Assembly (NCBI GenBank): GCA_910584485.1
Contig: CAJUAV010000003.1
Span: 16,426 to 80,425 of the forward strand
Direction of reading: 5' to 3'
Length of the DNA: 64,000 nt
From: an uncultured Alistipes sp.
GTDB taxonomy: Bacteria; Bacteroidota; Bacteroidia; Bacteroidales; Rikenellaceae
Position numbers and translations under genes: made by a program. The notes beneath the pieces are model-generated. The model did no database searches. It saw only the letters and a list, made by a program, of their open reading frames with translations, and was not told the DNA's origin. Below, piece by piece: positions 21,094 through 29,897 of the stretch (position 1 is its first letter; every line of letters starts with the position of its first letter).

Positions 21094-23949
21094 ATGAAAC
21101 GACTTTTGCTGACTGCGGGCGCGCTCCTCGTCGGAGCCGCCTCGCTCTTCGCCGCCCCCGCCGGCGGGGCGACGACCGAAACGCACAGGGCCGCGACGCA
21201 CGAAGCGGCGGCGATCCGTACGGAGAGGGTCCGCACGGCGGCGCCCCGCACCCTTGCGATCGTCGGCACGACCTGCGAAATGCAGGCGGAGCCCCTCGCC
21301 CTCGAGACCGACCGTCCGCGCTTCGGCTGGCGGATCGCGGGTCCGCAGGGGACCATGCAGGCGGCCTACGCCGTCGAGGTCCGCGACGAGCGGGGCCGCC
21401 TCGTCTGGGAGAGCGGCCGCGTCGCCTCGGAGCAGAGCCAGCTCGTACCCTACGGGGGCGAAGCGCTGCACCCGCTCGACCGCTACCGCTGGCGCGTGCG
21501 CGTCTGGGATCGCAGCGGCGCCGCCTCCGACTGGAGCGCCGAGGCTTCGTTCCGCCTCGCCCCCGCAGCCGCGTGGATGGATGCCGCCTGGATCGGCGCC
21601 ATTACGCAGGCCGACGCCAAGATGCCCGCGGGGCGCAACTACCACGGCGCGGGACTGAAAGACCCCGCGGCCCTCGCGGCATGGGACGCCGTCGACTCGC
21701 TGGCGTGGCGCAGCATCCTGCTCCGCAAGGAGTTCACGGCCGAAAAGCCGATCGCCGAAGCGACGGTCTACGTCTCGGGACTGGGCCACTACGAGCTCAC
21801 CGTGAACGGCCGCAAGGCGGGCGACAGCGAGTTCGCCCCCCTCTGGAGCGACTACCACAAGCGGGTCTACTACAACGCCTACGACGTCACGGAACTGCTG
21901 CACGAAGGGGCCAACGCCCTCGGCGTCCTGCTCGGCAACGGCTTCTACAACGTCGTCGACCGCACGCGCTACCGCAAACTCCAGATCGGCTTCGGGCCCG
22001 AAACACTGAATCTCAAGCTGCGCATCCGCTACGCCGACGGCACGGAGCAGTGCGTGGCGAGCGACGGCACGTGGCGCTACGACCGCTCGCCGATCACCTT
22101 CAACACCCTCTACGGCGGCGAGGACTACGATGCCCGCCTCGAACAGGCGGGGTGGGACTGCGCGGGCTTCGACGAGAGCCGCTGGCGCCCCGTCGTCGTG
22201 CAGGAGCCGCCGCGCGGAGCGCTCGTTCCGCAGCAGGCGCCCCCCGTGAAGATCATGCGCCGCTACGGCGTGCAGACGCGCCGCAAGCTCACCCTCGAGG
22301 AGGTGGCGCAGGCGACCAAAGAGACCAAACGCACGGTCGATCCCTCGGCGCTGCTGCTCGACATGGGGCAGAACCTCGCGGGCTTCCCCGAAATCGTCGT
22401 GCGCGGCCGCCGCGGCCAGCGCATCACGCTCGTCGTGGCCGAAGCGGTGACCGACTCGCACGCCGCCAACCAGCGGCAGACGGGACGGCAGCACTACTAC
22501 ACCTATATTTTAAAAGGCGACGGCGTCGAGCGGTGGCACCCCCGCTTCTCCTACTACGGATTCCGCTACATCCAGCTCGAAGGGGCCGTCCTGAAGGGGA
22601 TGAAGAACCCCGCGAAGCTCCCCGTGGTCGAGCAGATCCACGCCTGCTTCGTCCACAACAGCGCCGCCGAGATCGGCTCGTTCGCATGCTCGAACCCGAT
22701 CTTCAACGCCGCACACCGCCTGATCCACAACGCCGTGCGCAGCAACATGCAGTCCGTCTGGACCGACTGTCCGCACCGCGAGAAGCTGGGCTGGCTCGAG
22801 CAGGTCCACCTCAACGGCCCCGGGCTGCTTTACAACTACGACCTCGCGACCTACCTGCCGAAGGTGCTGCGCGACATCCGCGACGCCCAGCAGCCCGACG
22901 GCATGGTGCCGACGACGGCACCCCGCTACGTCATCTTCGAAGGGCCCGGCATGGATGTCTTCGCCGACTCGCCCGAGTGGAGCGCGACGCTCGTCGAATC
23001 GCCCTTCCAGTACTACGCGACCTACGGCGACGACCGCCCGATCCGCGACTGTTACCCGCACATGCGGCGCTGGGTCGACTACCTCGGCTCGCGCGCCGAA
23101 GGCCATCTGATCGATTTCGGACTGGGCGACTGGTACGACTACGGCGATTTTCGCGCGGGCTTCTCGCGCAACACCCCCGTGGGGCTCGTCGCCTCGGCAC
23201 ACTACATCCTGGCGCTCGACCGTTTGATTGAGGCGGCCCGCCTGGTGGGCAACGCCTACGACGCCGACCGCTATGCGGCCCTGCGCGGCGAGGTCGTGCG
23301 CGCCTTCAACGCGAAATATTTCGACCCCGCGACGCACCGCTACGGCACGGGGAGCCAGACCTCGCTGGCGCTGCCCCTCTACCTCGGGATCGTCCCCGAG
23401 GGGCATCGCGACGCGGTGCTGCGCGAGCTCGTGGCCGACATCGAACGCCACGGCACGCGCCTCACGACGGGCGACGTGGGCAACCGCTACCTCTTCCGCA
23501 CGCTGGCCGACAACGGGCTCGACGAGCTCATGTACCGCATGCACGACCACGAAGAGGCCCCCGGGTACGGCTTCCAGCTCCGCTTCGGCGCCACGACCCT
23601 CACCGAACAGTGGGACCCGCGGCAGGGGTCGTCGTGGAACCACTTCATGATGGGACAGATCGACGAGTGGTTCTTCCGCTCGCTCGCGGGACTGCGCCCC
23701 GACCCGCACGGCGAAGGGTACCGCCTCGCGACGATCGCCCCGCAGCCCGTGGGCGACCTGAAGCACCTCGAAGCGCGCTACGACTCGCTCTACGGGCCGA
23801 TCGCCATCGAATGGCAGCGCGAAGGCGACCGCTTCACGCTCGCGGTCGAGCTGCCCGCCAACTGCCGCGCCGACGTGCTGCTGCCCGGGGATCGGACCCC
23901 GCAGCGGGTCGAGAGCGGCCGCCACACCTTCACGAAAACGCTCCGATGA
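21094..23949 (+). CDS. GH78 alpha-L-rhamnosidase (BT1019-like), secreted
   Basis: VSGLGHYEL, DMGQNLAG, FSYYGFRY, TDCPHREKLGWL, GATTLTEQW and SWNHFMMG motifs. Confidence 0.9.
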   Translation: MKRLLLTAGALLVGAASLFAAPAGGATTETHRAATHEAAAIRTERVRTAAPRTLAIVGTTCEMQAEPLALETDRPRFGWRIAGPQGTMQAAYAVEVRDERGRLVWESGRVASEQSQLVPYGGEALHPLDRYRWRVRVWDRSGAASDWSAEASFRLAPAAAWMDAAWIGAITQADAKMPAGRNYHGAGLKDPAALAAWDAVDSLAWRSILLRKEFTAEKPIAEATVYVSGLGHYELTVNGRKAGDSEFAPLWSDYHKRVYYNAYDVTELLHEGANALGVLLGNGFYNVVDRTRYRKLQIGFGPETLNLKLRIRYADGTEQCVASDGTWRYDRSPITFNTLYGGEDYDARLEQAGWDCAGFDESRWRPVVVQEPPRGALVPQQAPPVKIMRRYGVQTRRKLTLEEVAQATKETKRTVDPSALLLDMGQNLAGFPEIVVRGRRGQRITLVVAEAVTDSHAANQRQTGRQHYYTYILKGDGVERWHPRFSYYGFRYIQLEGAVLKGMKNPAKLPVVEQIHACFVHNSAAEIGSFACSNPIFNAAHRLIHNAVRSNMQSVWTDCPHREKLGWLEQVHLNGPGLLYNYDLATYLPKVLRDIRDAQQPDGMVPTTAPRYVIFEGPGMDVFADSPEWSATLVESPFQYYATYGDDRPIRDCYPHMRRWVDYLGSRAEGHLIDFGLGDWYDYGDFRAGFSRNTPVGLVASAHYILALDRLIEAARLVGNAYDADRYAALRGEVVRAFNAKYFDPATHRYGTGSQTSLALPLYLGIVPEGHRDAVLRELVADIERHGTRLTTGDVGNRYLFRTLADNGLDELMYRMHDHEEAPGYGFQLRFGATTLTEQWDPRQGSSWNHFMMGQIDEWFFRSLAGLRPDPHGEGYRLATIAPQPVGDLKHLEARYDSLYGPIAIEWQREGDRFTLAVELPANCRADVLLPGDRTPQRVESGRHTFTKTLR

Positions 23950-25349
23950 CCATGAAACGCCTGCTGCTCACGCTCGCACTGCTCGGGGCCGGCCTCGCGG
24001 CCGCCGCCCAGAACGACTACGCGCACCGCTACACGCGGTCGCTGCACGACATCCTGACCGACATCTCGACCCGCTTCGGGGTGCGCCTCAAGTGCGAGGT
24101 CGACACCGTGGGGCGCACGCTGCCCTACGCCGCCTCGCGCATCCGCCCCTACTCGCTCGAGGAGACGCTCGACAACGTGCTGAAACCCTTCGACTACAAG
24201 ATCGTCAAGCAGAACGACCGCTACTACAAGATCAAACCCTACGAGAGCCACCGCCGCCTCCCCGAAGAGGGGGCGAAGCTCCTGGAGCACCTCGCCGCGA
24301 CGCACGGCGCCGACCGCGCCGCCTTCGAGCGGCGCAAGGAGGAGCTGCGGCGCGACGCGCGCGCGATCACCGGGATCGACCGCCTCGTCGAGGCCTGCGT
24401 GCCCCTCGCCCCTCTCCTGACGAAGGAGCGCCGCTACGACGGCTACACGGTCCGCAACTTCCGCCTCGAGACCCTCCCCGGGCTCTACGTCTGCGGCTCG
24501 ATCTACCTTCCCCTCACGCACCGCAGCGGGAAACACCCCGTGATCCTCTCGCCCGACGGCCACTCGGACCGCTACAACGAGGGGACGCAGCTGCGGCTGG
24601 CGGCATGGGCCCGCATGGGGGCCGCGGCGGTGAGCTACGACCTGGTCGGCTACGGCGAATCGGCGCTCCAGCTCGGCACGGCCGTCCACCACACCCCGAT
24701 CGCGCAACTCGTGCAGCTGCTGAACGGCATCCGCGTGCTCGACATGATGCTGGCGCGCACGGATACCGACCCGACGCGCGTGGGCATCTGCGGCGCCTCG
24801 GGAGGCGGCACGCAGACGATGCAGCTCGCCGTGCTCGACCCGCGCTACACGGCCGCCTGCCCCGTCATCAGCCTCTCGTCCTACTTCGACGGCGGCTGCC
24901 CCTGCGAGAGCGGCATCCAGCTCTGCTCGGCGGGCGGCGGCACCTGCAACGCCGAGCTGGCGGCGACGCTGGCGCCGCGCCCCCTGGGGATCGTCTCCGA
25001 CGGCAAGGACTGGACGGCCCACGTCCCCGTGCAGGAGCTGCCCTATCTGCAAGGGATCTACCGCCTCTACGGCGCCGAGGAGGCCGTGCGCGACTACCAC
25101 TTCCCCGCCGAGGGGCACGACTTCGGGCCCAACAAGCGGCGGGCCGTCTACGACTTCTTCGGGGCGGTCTTCGGGCTCGATCCCGCACGGGCCGACGAAG
25201 AGCGGCTGACGGTCGAAAAACGCGAGCTGCTGCTGCTCTTCGGCCCGGAGGGCGAGGCGCTGCCCGCGGGAGCAATCCGCACCGTGGGGGCGCTCGCACC
25301 GTGGTTCGACGCCGAGGCGGTGGCGGAGGCGCTGCGGATGAAAAATTAA
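23946..25349 (+). CDS. Alpha/beta-hydrolase carbohydrate esterase (CE19/BT1017-like pectin methylesterase or acetylesterase), no DUF3826
   Basis: Start at 23946 (ATGA overlap) or 23952; signal peptide; GASGGG nucleophile elbow, GGCPCESG, GHDFGPNKR. The C-terminal MKN* comes from a heptamer array. Confidence 0.75.
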   Translation: MTMKRLLLTLALLGAGLAAAAQNDYAHRYTRSLHDILTDISTRFGVRLKCEVDTVGRTLPYAASRIRPYSLEETLDNVLKPFDYKIVKQNDRYYKIKPYESHRRLPEEGAKLLEHLAATHGADRAAFERRKEELRRDARAITGIDRLVEACVPLAPLLTKERRYDGYTVRNFRLETLPGLYVCGSIYLPLTHRSGKHPVILSPDGHSDRYNEGTQLRLAAWARMGAAAVSYDLVGYGESALQLGTAVHHTPIAQLVQLLNGIRVLDMMLARTDTDPTRVGICGASGGGTQTMQLAVLDPRYTAACPVISLSSYFDGGCPCESGIQLCSAGGGTCNAELAATLAPRPLGIVSDGKDWTAHVPVQELPYLQGIYRLYGAEEAVRDYHFPAEGHDFGPNKRRAVYDFFGAVFGLDPARADEERLTVEKRELLLLFGPEGEALPAGAIRTVGALAPWFDAEAVAEALRMKN

Positions 25350-25762
25350 GAATGAAAAATTAAAAATTAAAAATTAGGGGGGGGTCGAAGACGTCGGCGG
25401 GCCGCAGGCGCCCCTCGTCGGAGCGAAAAGCGCACGGATGTGCGGCGGACCGAAGCCTCCGCCGGCGGAGGCCCGCAGTTTTGGCAAACATGCGTGCGCT
25501 CCGCAGGTTCGGCCCGCGGAGGACGCCTCACGCGTGAGGCGTGTGCCGTTCGCCGCCGACCCACGGGCAGAGGGTTGCAACTCGTCCGACAGCTCGATGG
25601 CGCAGCCATCGGCGGGCCGCAGCTTAAGTCCACGCGTCAGCGTGTGCCGTTCGCCGCCGCCCCACGCGGCGGACGGCAGGTTCGCAGACGGCTCACCGCC
25701 CTCCTGCCGCCGTCGGCGAACGTCGTGCTGCGCACATCAGCGCGTGCAGAGAGCCGCCGACC
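25338..25762. repeat. Mosaic intergenic element E4 (reverse orientation; heptamer array 25338-25376, pairs 2 and 4)
   Basis: gaagcctccgccggcggaggcccgcagttttggcaaac..ctccgcagg; gtgccgttcgccgccgcccc..ccgccgtcggcgaac. Confidence 0.88.
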
Positions 25763-25903
25763 CCCTATTTTGACCGATTCGCCCCGCGGCAAGCCGCGGA
25801 TACGGAAAAATTTGTCTATCTTCACTCTCCGAAACGGCCCGCCGCAGGGCCGTGCAACCGCCCGAAAGGAAGACGAGACAAACCAAAACACGCATAACGA
25901 ACC

Positions 25904-28426
25904 ATGAAAAAACTGCTCTTCGCGCTGCTGCTGCTGGCGACCTTCGCCGTGCAGGGACAGAACCGATTCGAAAACCGCTTCACACGGCCGCTCGGCGAGG
26001 TGCTGACCGAGGTCGGCACGCGTTTCGGCGTACAGCTCAAGATCGACGCTCCGATCGAGGGGCTCTACCTCCCCTACGCCGATTTCCGCATCCGCCCCTA
26101 CTCGCTCGACGAGACGCTGACGGGGATTCTCGGCCCCTTCGACCTCCATTTCGTCCGTGAGGGCGAGCGCATCCGCATCAAGGCCTACGAGTACAACCGC
26201 CGCACGGGCGACGACGGCCGCAAGCTGCTCGCCCACCTCGAAACGCTCTACACGGACCGCGCCGCCTTCGAACGGCGCGCCGCGACGATCCGCCGCGAGG
26301 TGCGCGAACGGCTCGAACTCGAACCGCTGCTCGCAGCCCGCGTCGAGGCCGCCCCGATCCTCTCGAAGGTGCGCCGCTTCGACGGCTACACAGTGCAGAA
26401 TTTCGCCCTGCAAACCCTCCCGGGCCTCTACGTCTGCGGCTCGATCTACGCACCGGCCGCCAAGGGCAAACACCCCGTCATCGTCTGCCCGAACGGCCAC
26501 TTCGGCGACGGCCGCTACCGCAAGGACCAGCAGCAGCGTCTGGCGACGCTCGCCCGCATGGGGGCCCTCTGCGTCGATTACGACCTCTTCGGCTACGGCG
26601 AATCGGAGCTCCAGGTGACCTCCGTGGGCCACCGCACCTCCTACGCCCAGCAGATCCAGGCCCTCAACGGCATCGCGATCCTCGACATGCTCCTCGCCCG
26701 CGCGGATGCCGACCCCGCACGCGTCGGCGTCAACGGCGCCTCGGGCGGCGGCGCCCAGTCGGTGCTCCTCTCGGTCATCGACGACCGCTACACGGCCCTC
26801 TGCCCCGTCGTGAGCCTCTCGTCGCATTTCGACGGCGGCTGTCCCTGCGAGAGCGGCATGCCCGTCACGCTCGCCGCAGGCGGTACCTGCAACGCCGAGA
26901 TGGCGGCCATCTTCGCTCCGAAGCCCCTCTGCGTCGTCTCGGACGGCAAGGACTGGACCCGCACCGTCCCGACGATCGAATACCCCTACCTGCAACGCGT
27001 CTACGCGCTGTACGGCGCCGCCGACCGCCTCTCGAACATCCACCTCGCCAAGGAGGGCCACGACTTCGGCCCGAGCAAGCGCGAGGCGGTCTACGACTTC
27101 TTCGCCGCCGCGCTCGGCCTCGACCGCACGAAGGCCGATGAAGAGCGCGTCACGATCGAACCCTTCGAAGCGCTCTACAGCTTCGGCGCGCAGGGCGAAA
27201 AGCTCCCCGCCGACGCCATCCGCTCGATCAACGGCCTCGCCCCCTTCTTCGGCAAGGAGCGCGTACGCGCCGCCGCGGCCGACGAGTCGGTGATGAAGAA
27301 GGCGCAGGAGATCGTCGGCAAGCTGGGCCTGACCGACAAGCGGGCGGCAGCCCACGCCGTGACGGCCGTCTACAACCACCGCCGCGCCGTGCGCGACTGG
27401 CACAACACCCACCCCTACCAGGTGATTCCCGAAATCGAGGCCGAGACGGGCCGCAAGCTGTCGAAGGTCGAGCGCGAAATGATGGCTGACCGCCTCATCC
27501 CGAAGAGCGTCCACGAGCGCCTCGTGCGCGAGCTGAACCGCGTACTGACCCCCGCCGAGGTCGAGCAGGTCTTCGACGCCTACACGATCGGCAAAGTCGC
27601 CTTCACGATGCAGGGCTACGAAGCGATCGTCCCCGACCTGACGGCGACCGAACGGGCCGCCCTCGAAGGCTACCTCAAGCAGGCGCGCGAGGAGGCCCTC
27701 GAATGCAAGAGCATGAAGGCCATTTCGCAGGTCTTCGAGATCTACAAGACAAAGTGCGAGCAGTACCTCAACGACAACGGCCGCGACTGGCGCGCCCTCT
27801 TCAAGGCCTACGTCGACAAGCGCAATGCCGAGAAGAAAGCCGCCGCAGCCGACAAGGAGTTCGTGGCCAAGGCCTCGAAGATCGTCGCCGCCCTCGACCT
27901 GAAGGACGAGCGGACGCGCGAGGCGGTGACGAAGCTCGTCGAGGAGCACCGCCGCGCCGTGCTGGAGTGGCACAACGCCCACCCCTACACGACCGTCGCC
28001 GAGGCCGACCCCGCCACGGGACGCAAACTCTCGGCCGTCGAGCGCGAAATGATCGCCGACCGCCGTATCCCCGCCACGGTGCGCCGCACCCTCGTCAAGG
28101 GGCTGCGCAAGCACCTCTCGCCCGCCCAGATCGAGCAGATCTGGGACGGCTACACCGTGGGCAAGGTGGCCTTCACGATGAAGGGCTACGAGGCGATCGT
28201 TCCCGACCTGACGGCCGCCGAGCGGGCCGTGCTCGAAGCCAACCTCAAGCAGGCGCGCGAAGAGGCCCTCGAATGCCGCCGCATGAAGGCCATTTCGCAG
28301 GTCTTCGAGATCTACAAGACCAAGTGCGAACAGTACCTCAACGCCAACGGCCGCGACTGGCGCGCCCTCTTCAAGGCCTACGTCGACAAGCGCAACGCCG
28401 AGAAAAAGGCCGCCGCGGCCAAGTAA
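25904..28426 (+). CDS. CE19/BT1017-like esterase with two tandem C-terminal DUF3826-like helical domains
   Basis: Paralog of the preceding gene (GASGGG, GGCPCESG), followed by two ~190-aa repeats ending ..SQVFEIYKTKCEQYLN.NGRDWRALFKAYVDKRNAEKK. Confidence 0.75.
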   Translation: MKKLLFALLLLATFAVQGQNRFENRFTRPLGEVLTEVGTRFGVQLKIDAPIEGLYLPYADFRIRPYSLDETLTGILGPFDLHFVREGERIRIKAYEYNRRTGDDGRKLLAHLETLYTDRAAFERRAATIRREVRERLELEPLLAARVEAAPILSKVRRFDGYTVQNFALQTLPGLYVCGSIYAPAAKGKHPVIVCPNGHFGDGRYRKDQQQRLATLARMGALCVDYDLFGYGESELQVTSVGHRTSYAQQIQALNGIAILDMLLARADADPARVGVNGASGGGAQSVLLSVIDDRYTALCPVVSLSSHFDGGCPCESGMPVTLAAGGTCNAEMAAIFAPKPLCVVSDGKDWTRTVPTIEYPYLQRVYALYGAADRLSNIHLAKEGHDFGPSKREAVYDFFAAALGLDRTKADEERVTIEPFEALYSFGAQGEKLPADAIRSINGLAPFFGKERVRAAAADESVMKKAQEIVGKLGLTDKRAAAHAVTAVYNHRRAVRDWHNTHPYQVIPEIEAETGRKLSKVEREMMADRLIPKSVHERLVRELNRVLTPAEVEQVFDAYTIGKVAFTMQGYEAIVPDLTATERAALEGYLKQAREEALECKSMKAISQVFEIYKTKCEQYLNDNGRDWRALFKAYVDKRNAEKKAAAADKEFVAKASKIVAALDLKDERTREAVTKLVEEHRRAVLEWHNAHPYTTVAEADPATGRKLSAVEREMIADRRIPATVRRTLVKGLRKHLSPAQIEQIWDGYTVGKVAFTMKGYEAIVPDLTAAERAVLEANLKQAREEALECRRMKAISQVFEIYKTKCEQYLNANGRDWRALFKAYVDKRNAEKKAAAAK
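27281..28420 (+). repeat. Intragenic 570-bp tandem duplication (27281-27850 / 27851-28420)
   Basis: Both copies are in frame; their 3' halves are nearly identical at the DNA level. Confidence 0.9.
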
Positions 28427-28460
28427 ACCGACAATAACCCATTAAAAAACCGATACCTTT

Positions 28461-29885
28461 ATGAAACGATTGATCGCTCTTTTCGGCCTCGTGCTCTTCG
28501 CGGCGGCCTGTGCCCCGCAGGCCGACCGGACGACCCTGCCGTGGGAGAACGGCAAGCTGGCCGTGACGGCCGACGGCCGCTACCTGCAACACGAAAACGG
28601 CGCCCCCTTCTTCTGGATGGGCGAAACGGGCTGGCTGCTCCCCGAGCGGCTGACGCGCGAAGAGGCCGATTTCTACCTCGACGCCTGCCGTGACGCCGGC
28701 TTCAACGTCGTGCAGGTGCAGACCGTCAACGGCGTGCCCGCCCGCAACGCCTACGGCAAACTCTCGATGCCCGAAGGCTTCGACTTCTCGAAGATCGACG
28801 CCGAAGGCGACGAGGGCTACTGGCAGCACATGGACTACATCGTCCGCAAGGCGGAGCAGAACGGCATCTACATCGGCATGGTCTGCATCTGGGGTGGACT
28901 GGTCAAGAAGGGCCTCATGAACGCCGAGCAGGCCGTATCGTACGGCACCTTCCTCGCCGATCGCTACAAGGATGCCCCCAACATCGTCTGGATCATCGGC
29001 GGCGACATCCGCGGCGACGTCGAAACGGAGGTCTGGGAGACCCTCGCCCGCACGATCAAGGGCATCGACCGCAACCACCTCATGACCTTCCATCCCTTCG
29101 GCCGCACCTCGTCGATCTACTGGTTCCACAACGCCGACTGGCTCGACTTCAACATGTTCCAGAGCGGCCATCGCCGCTACGACCAGACGCGCGGCGACGG
29201 CGACGACTCGGCCCAGGCCTCGATCGCCGAGGACAACTGGCGCTACGTCGAGGCGGGTCTCGGCATGGAGCCCCGCAAGCCGATCCTCGACGGCGAACCG
29301 AGCTACGAGGAGATCCCCCAGGGACTCCACGACCCCAGCGAACCGTGGTGGAAGGCGCCCGACGTGCGCCGCTACGCCTACTGGTCGGTCTTCGCAGGCG
29401 CCTTCGGCCACACCTACGGCCATAACTCGATCATGCAGATGCACTCGGGCGACAAGGTCGGCGGCTACGGCGCCGTCAAGTCGTGGAAAGAGGGGTTGCA
29501 GGACCCCGGCTTCAACCAGATGCAGCACCTCAAGCGGCTGATCCTCGCCTTCCCCTTCTTCGAGCGCGTGGGCGACCAGTCGGTCATCGCGGGCGAGAAC
29601 GGCTTCCGCTACGACCGCGCCATCGCGACGCGCGGCACGGACTACCTGCTGGTCTACACCTACACGAACCGCCCGATGCGGATCGACCTGACGAAGATCG
29701 CCGGCGAGCAGAAGCAGGTATGGTGGTACTCGCCCGTCGACGGCTCGCTGCAATACGCCGGCACGGTCGAGGACGGCATCCGCGAGTTCCGCTTCGAGGG
29801 TCCCGAAGGCCCCGCCAACGACCATGTGCTGATCGCCTTCGACAGCACGAAGAACTACCTCACCGAGGGACAGCAGTCGCTCTAA
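28461..29885 (+). CDS. GH140 apiosidase (DUF4038 plus C-terminal beta domain; BT1012-like), lipoprotein
   Basis: Lipobox AAAC; PFFWMGETGW, WIIGGD, LMTFHPFG, FNMFQSGH, ILDGEPSYE and GHTYGHNSI. Confidence 0.85.
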   Translation: MKRLIALFGLVLFAAACAPQADRTTLPWENGKLAVTADGRYLQHENGAPFFWMGETGWLLPERLTREEADFYLDACRDAGFNVVQVQTVNGVPARNAYGKLSMPEGFDFSKIDAEGDEGYWQHMDYIVRKAEQNGIYIGMVCIWGGLVKKGLMNAEQAVSYGTFLADRYKDAPNIVWIIGGDIRGDVETEVWETLARTIKGIDRNHLMTFHPFGRTSSIYWFHNADWLDFNMFQSGHRRYDQTRGDGDDSAQASIAEDNWRYVEAGLGMEPRKPILDGEPSYEEIPQGLHDPSEPWWKAPDVRRYAYWSVFAGAFGHTYGHNSIMQMHSGDKVGGYGAVKSWKEGLQDPGFNQMQHLKRLILAFPFFERVGDQSVIAGENGFRYDRAIATRGTDYLLVYTYTNRPMRIDLTKIAGEQKQVWWYSPVDGSLQYAGTVEDGIREFRFEGPEGPANDHVLIAFDSTKNYLTEGQQSL

Positions 29886-29897
29886 ACCGCCCCGCAC

